64,000 nt of DNA from the NCBI RefSeq assembly GCF_009914755.1, contig NC_060939.1; one strand, written 5' to 3'. The translations under genes and the position numbers were made by a program. Under the pieces are notes generated by a model, which saw only the letters and a list, made by a program, of their open reading frames with translations, ran no database searches and was not told the DNA's origin. The stretch's first letter is position 1; each line of letters begins with the position of its first letter. Positions 62,018-64,000 of the stretch are shown here, one piece after another. This DNA is from the human T2T-CHM13v2.0 reference genome, Homo sapiens.

Positions 62018-62350
62018 TTTATGGGTTGAAGCGTGGTCCCCCCAAAAGATATGACCCTGTCCTTATTCCCAGAATGTGTGAATACGGCCTTTTTTGGATG
62101 GAGGGCCTTTGCAGATGGAATTAAGTGAAGGATGAGGAGATGAGGTCATTCTGGGTTATTCAGGCAGGCCCTACATCCAAGGGCTGGTGTCCTTATAGGA
62201 GTCATAGGGACAGACACAGAGAAGGCCTCTTGAGAATGGTGGCTGAGCAGGAGGGATGCAGCCACAAGCCAAGGATGCCCAGGCCACCAGAATGCATGAC
62301 TGCTGCTTGAAGCCACTCAGTTTGTGGTCATTCATTACATCAGCTAAGCC
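62018..62350 (+). mobile_element. MLT1 (B/C-like) MaLR LTR
   Basis: TATGGGTTGAA..CCCCCCAAAAGATATG..GGGCCTTTGCAGATG..AAGCCACTCAGTTTGTGGT. Confidence 0.75.
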
Positions 62351-63487
62351 AGGTCTGCACATACCTGCAGAGCAGGAACTCTGGAGGAGAAGCCAGACCC
62401 GAAAAGGGACAGTTTCCCCTCTGGCCAGGACCTCACCCCATCAACCCAGCTGCCCACGAGGCTGCTGGGCCAACATCCCAGGCCTACAGCTGCCAGCCTG
62501 CCCTGGGCTCAGCCAAGGGAAGAGGAAGCTGTGAACAAGTCAGCCCTGGGCCCCTTCAGGGAGCCAATGACCTCCTCCCTTCCTCCCTCATGCATTCATC
62601 CCTTCATTTGTTCATTCAGCCATCCATTCATCACTCCTTCCATAAACAGGCTTGGCACCTCCCACACGCCTAGATATGAATGCAGTATCAATGTGTCCCT
62701 TTCAGGGGCCCACAGCAGGCAGGTAAGCACACCCACAAATTCATAACTCCAGAGGGGACAGGAGGCCCAACAGAAGAATCACAAGAGAAGCCACAAGGGC
62801 CTCAGCTCTGCCTGGGGCAACAGGGAGAAGCCCCCTAGACTGGTGTCTGGAGGCCCACCCTGGACTGACACAGAGGCTTTCCTGACGGGCAAAGAAGGAG
62901 GCCTCCCTCTGGTTTGTGAAGGAGATGGTGGCATGGAGAGCTGGAGGTGGGATCCTGGGTTTTGTCCTCCAGGTGATAGACACAGGAGGGGTGAGAACAG
63001 GCTCACCTTTATCAAACTTTGGTGGAAAATTGAAATTGTGTTCCAGAAGGACCAAGAAAGTCTGATGCTGGCCATGTTCAGGCTGTGCTGCTCTGAGATA
63101 CCGGGGCAGGTGGGCTTGGCAAGGTGGCCCCCATCCTCTCTCTCCCCATGTCCCCCTGATCCTGCTCCTGCTCCTGCTCCATCTCTCCCCACTCCCAGCT
63201 GCTCAGTGGCCAAGTCTGGTGTCCTTCAAGAAGTGGCTGAAACCTCTAAAGGAACTTCACCCTGCAGGGCAGGCCCTGCCCAAGGACATCACCACCCAGA
63301 GTCCAGGTCTGGCCCTCGCCACCCCACCCCCATCCCAGAGTCTGGAATGATGCAGCCCCCAGCTCCTGGGGCCCCCACATGTAGCCCCTGCTCCCAGCAA
63401 ACCAGCAAGGGGGGCCTGGGGAGAGGGAGGGGCTAAGAGGGAGGGGAGCGCCTGGCCGTCCCCAGAGAGTACAGCTAACCCACAGCA

Positions 63488-63610
63488 CATAATCCTGTTA
63501 AAAAATTAATCCTCATTTAGCCAGGAGGTAAGGCGGCCGCTGAGATAAAGCCCCTGACAAGTAATAAAAGGCAACAGCAATTGATAAAGTGGTGAGGCCA
63601 CTCATAAAAC
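63488..63610. promoter_or_regulatory. Candidate enhancer (AT-rich, motif-dense island)
   Basis: TAATCC x2, AGATAA, TGATAA, TGACA, TAATAAAA and CTCATAAAA within ~120 bp of otherwise GC-rich DNA. Confidence 0.35.
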
Positions 63611-64000
63611 CCTGCTGCAGTCAAGGTCAGGCAGGTCCCAGGAATCGGAGAGCAAGCACCGCCAGGTGGGGGTGGGGGGCGTTGCCTTACAAGCCCCAGC
63701 CCCTGCAGAGGGCGACCACCTTGGGCAACAGAGCTGATGCTGATGGTGGAGAGAGGCAGAAAGGAGGGAGGCTGCCTTTCTCAGCTCCTCCCTGCTCGGC
63801 CTTACTGGATGGCTGTGGCCCTTTGGGAAGGAATCACCATCCTTGGTCCTTGTCTCTCTCCTAACATCATGGCCGTGAAAGATCACAGCCCCCCTGGGGC
63901 CCAGCCGGTCCCAGAGTAGACCTGGTGAGGCTGGGCCCATCTAGCGTGGCTCCTGGTGGCCCCCACTGTCCCCCACACACTTGTCCCAGGGATAGGAGGA

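Overview
This is primate (very likely human) non-coding genomic DNA, not microbial, and no intact protein-coding gene can be supported. It has two very different halves. Positions 1 to ~50,000 are AT-rich and LINE-1-dominated: a 5.5 kb 5'-truncated L1PA3/4 with dead ORF1/ORF2 and a 19-bp TSD, a short L1PA2, two 5'-inverted (twin-primed) L1s, long ancient L1M tracts, Tigger2a, MaLR/ERV1 LTRs and few Alus. Positions ~50,001-64,000 are abruptly GC-rich and Alu-dense, with two minisatellites, MLT1 LTRs, MER47, a U13 snoRNA retrocopy and a candidate enhancer. The switch is sharp and sits at or next to a round-number coordinate, so a concatenation/assembly join or rearrangement breakpoint is more likely than a natural isochore edge. 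Most ORFs in the track are L1 fragments, Alu read-through or GC-rich noise. I found no convincing new biological system. The most interesting signals are rearrangement scars: a multi-template filler at 47.07-47.47 kb, a young/old chimeric L1 lacking a TSD, an inverted L1 nested inside an Alu TSD, and fused inverted Alu arms. Subfamily names come from remembered consensus sequences and need RepeatMasker/Dfam confirmation.
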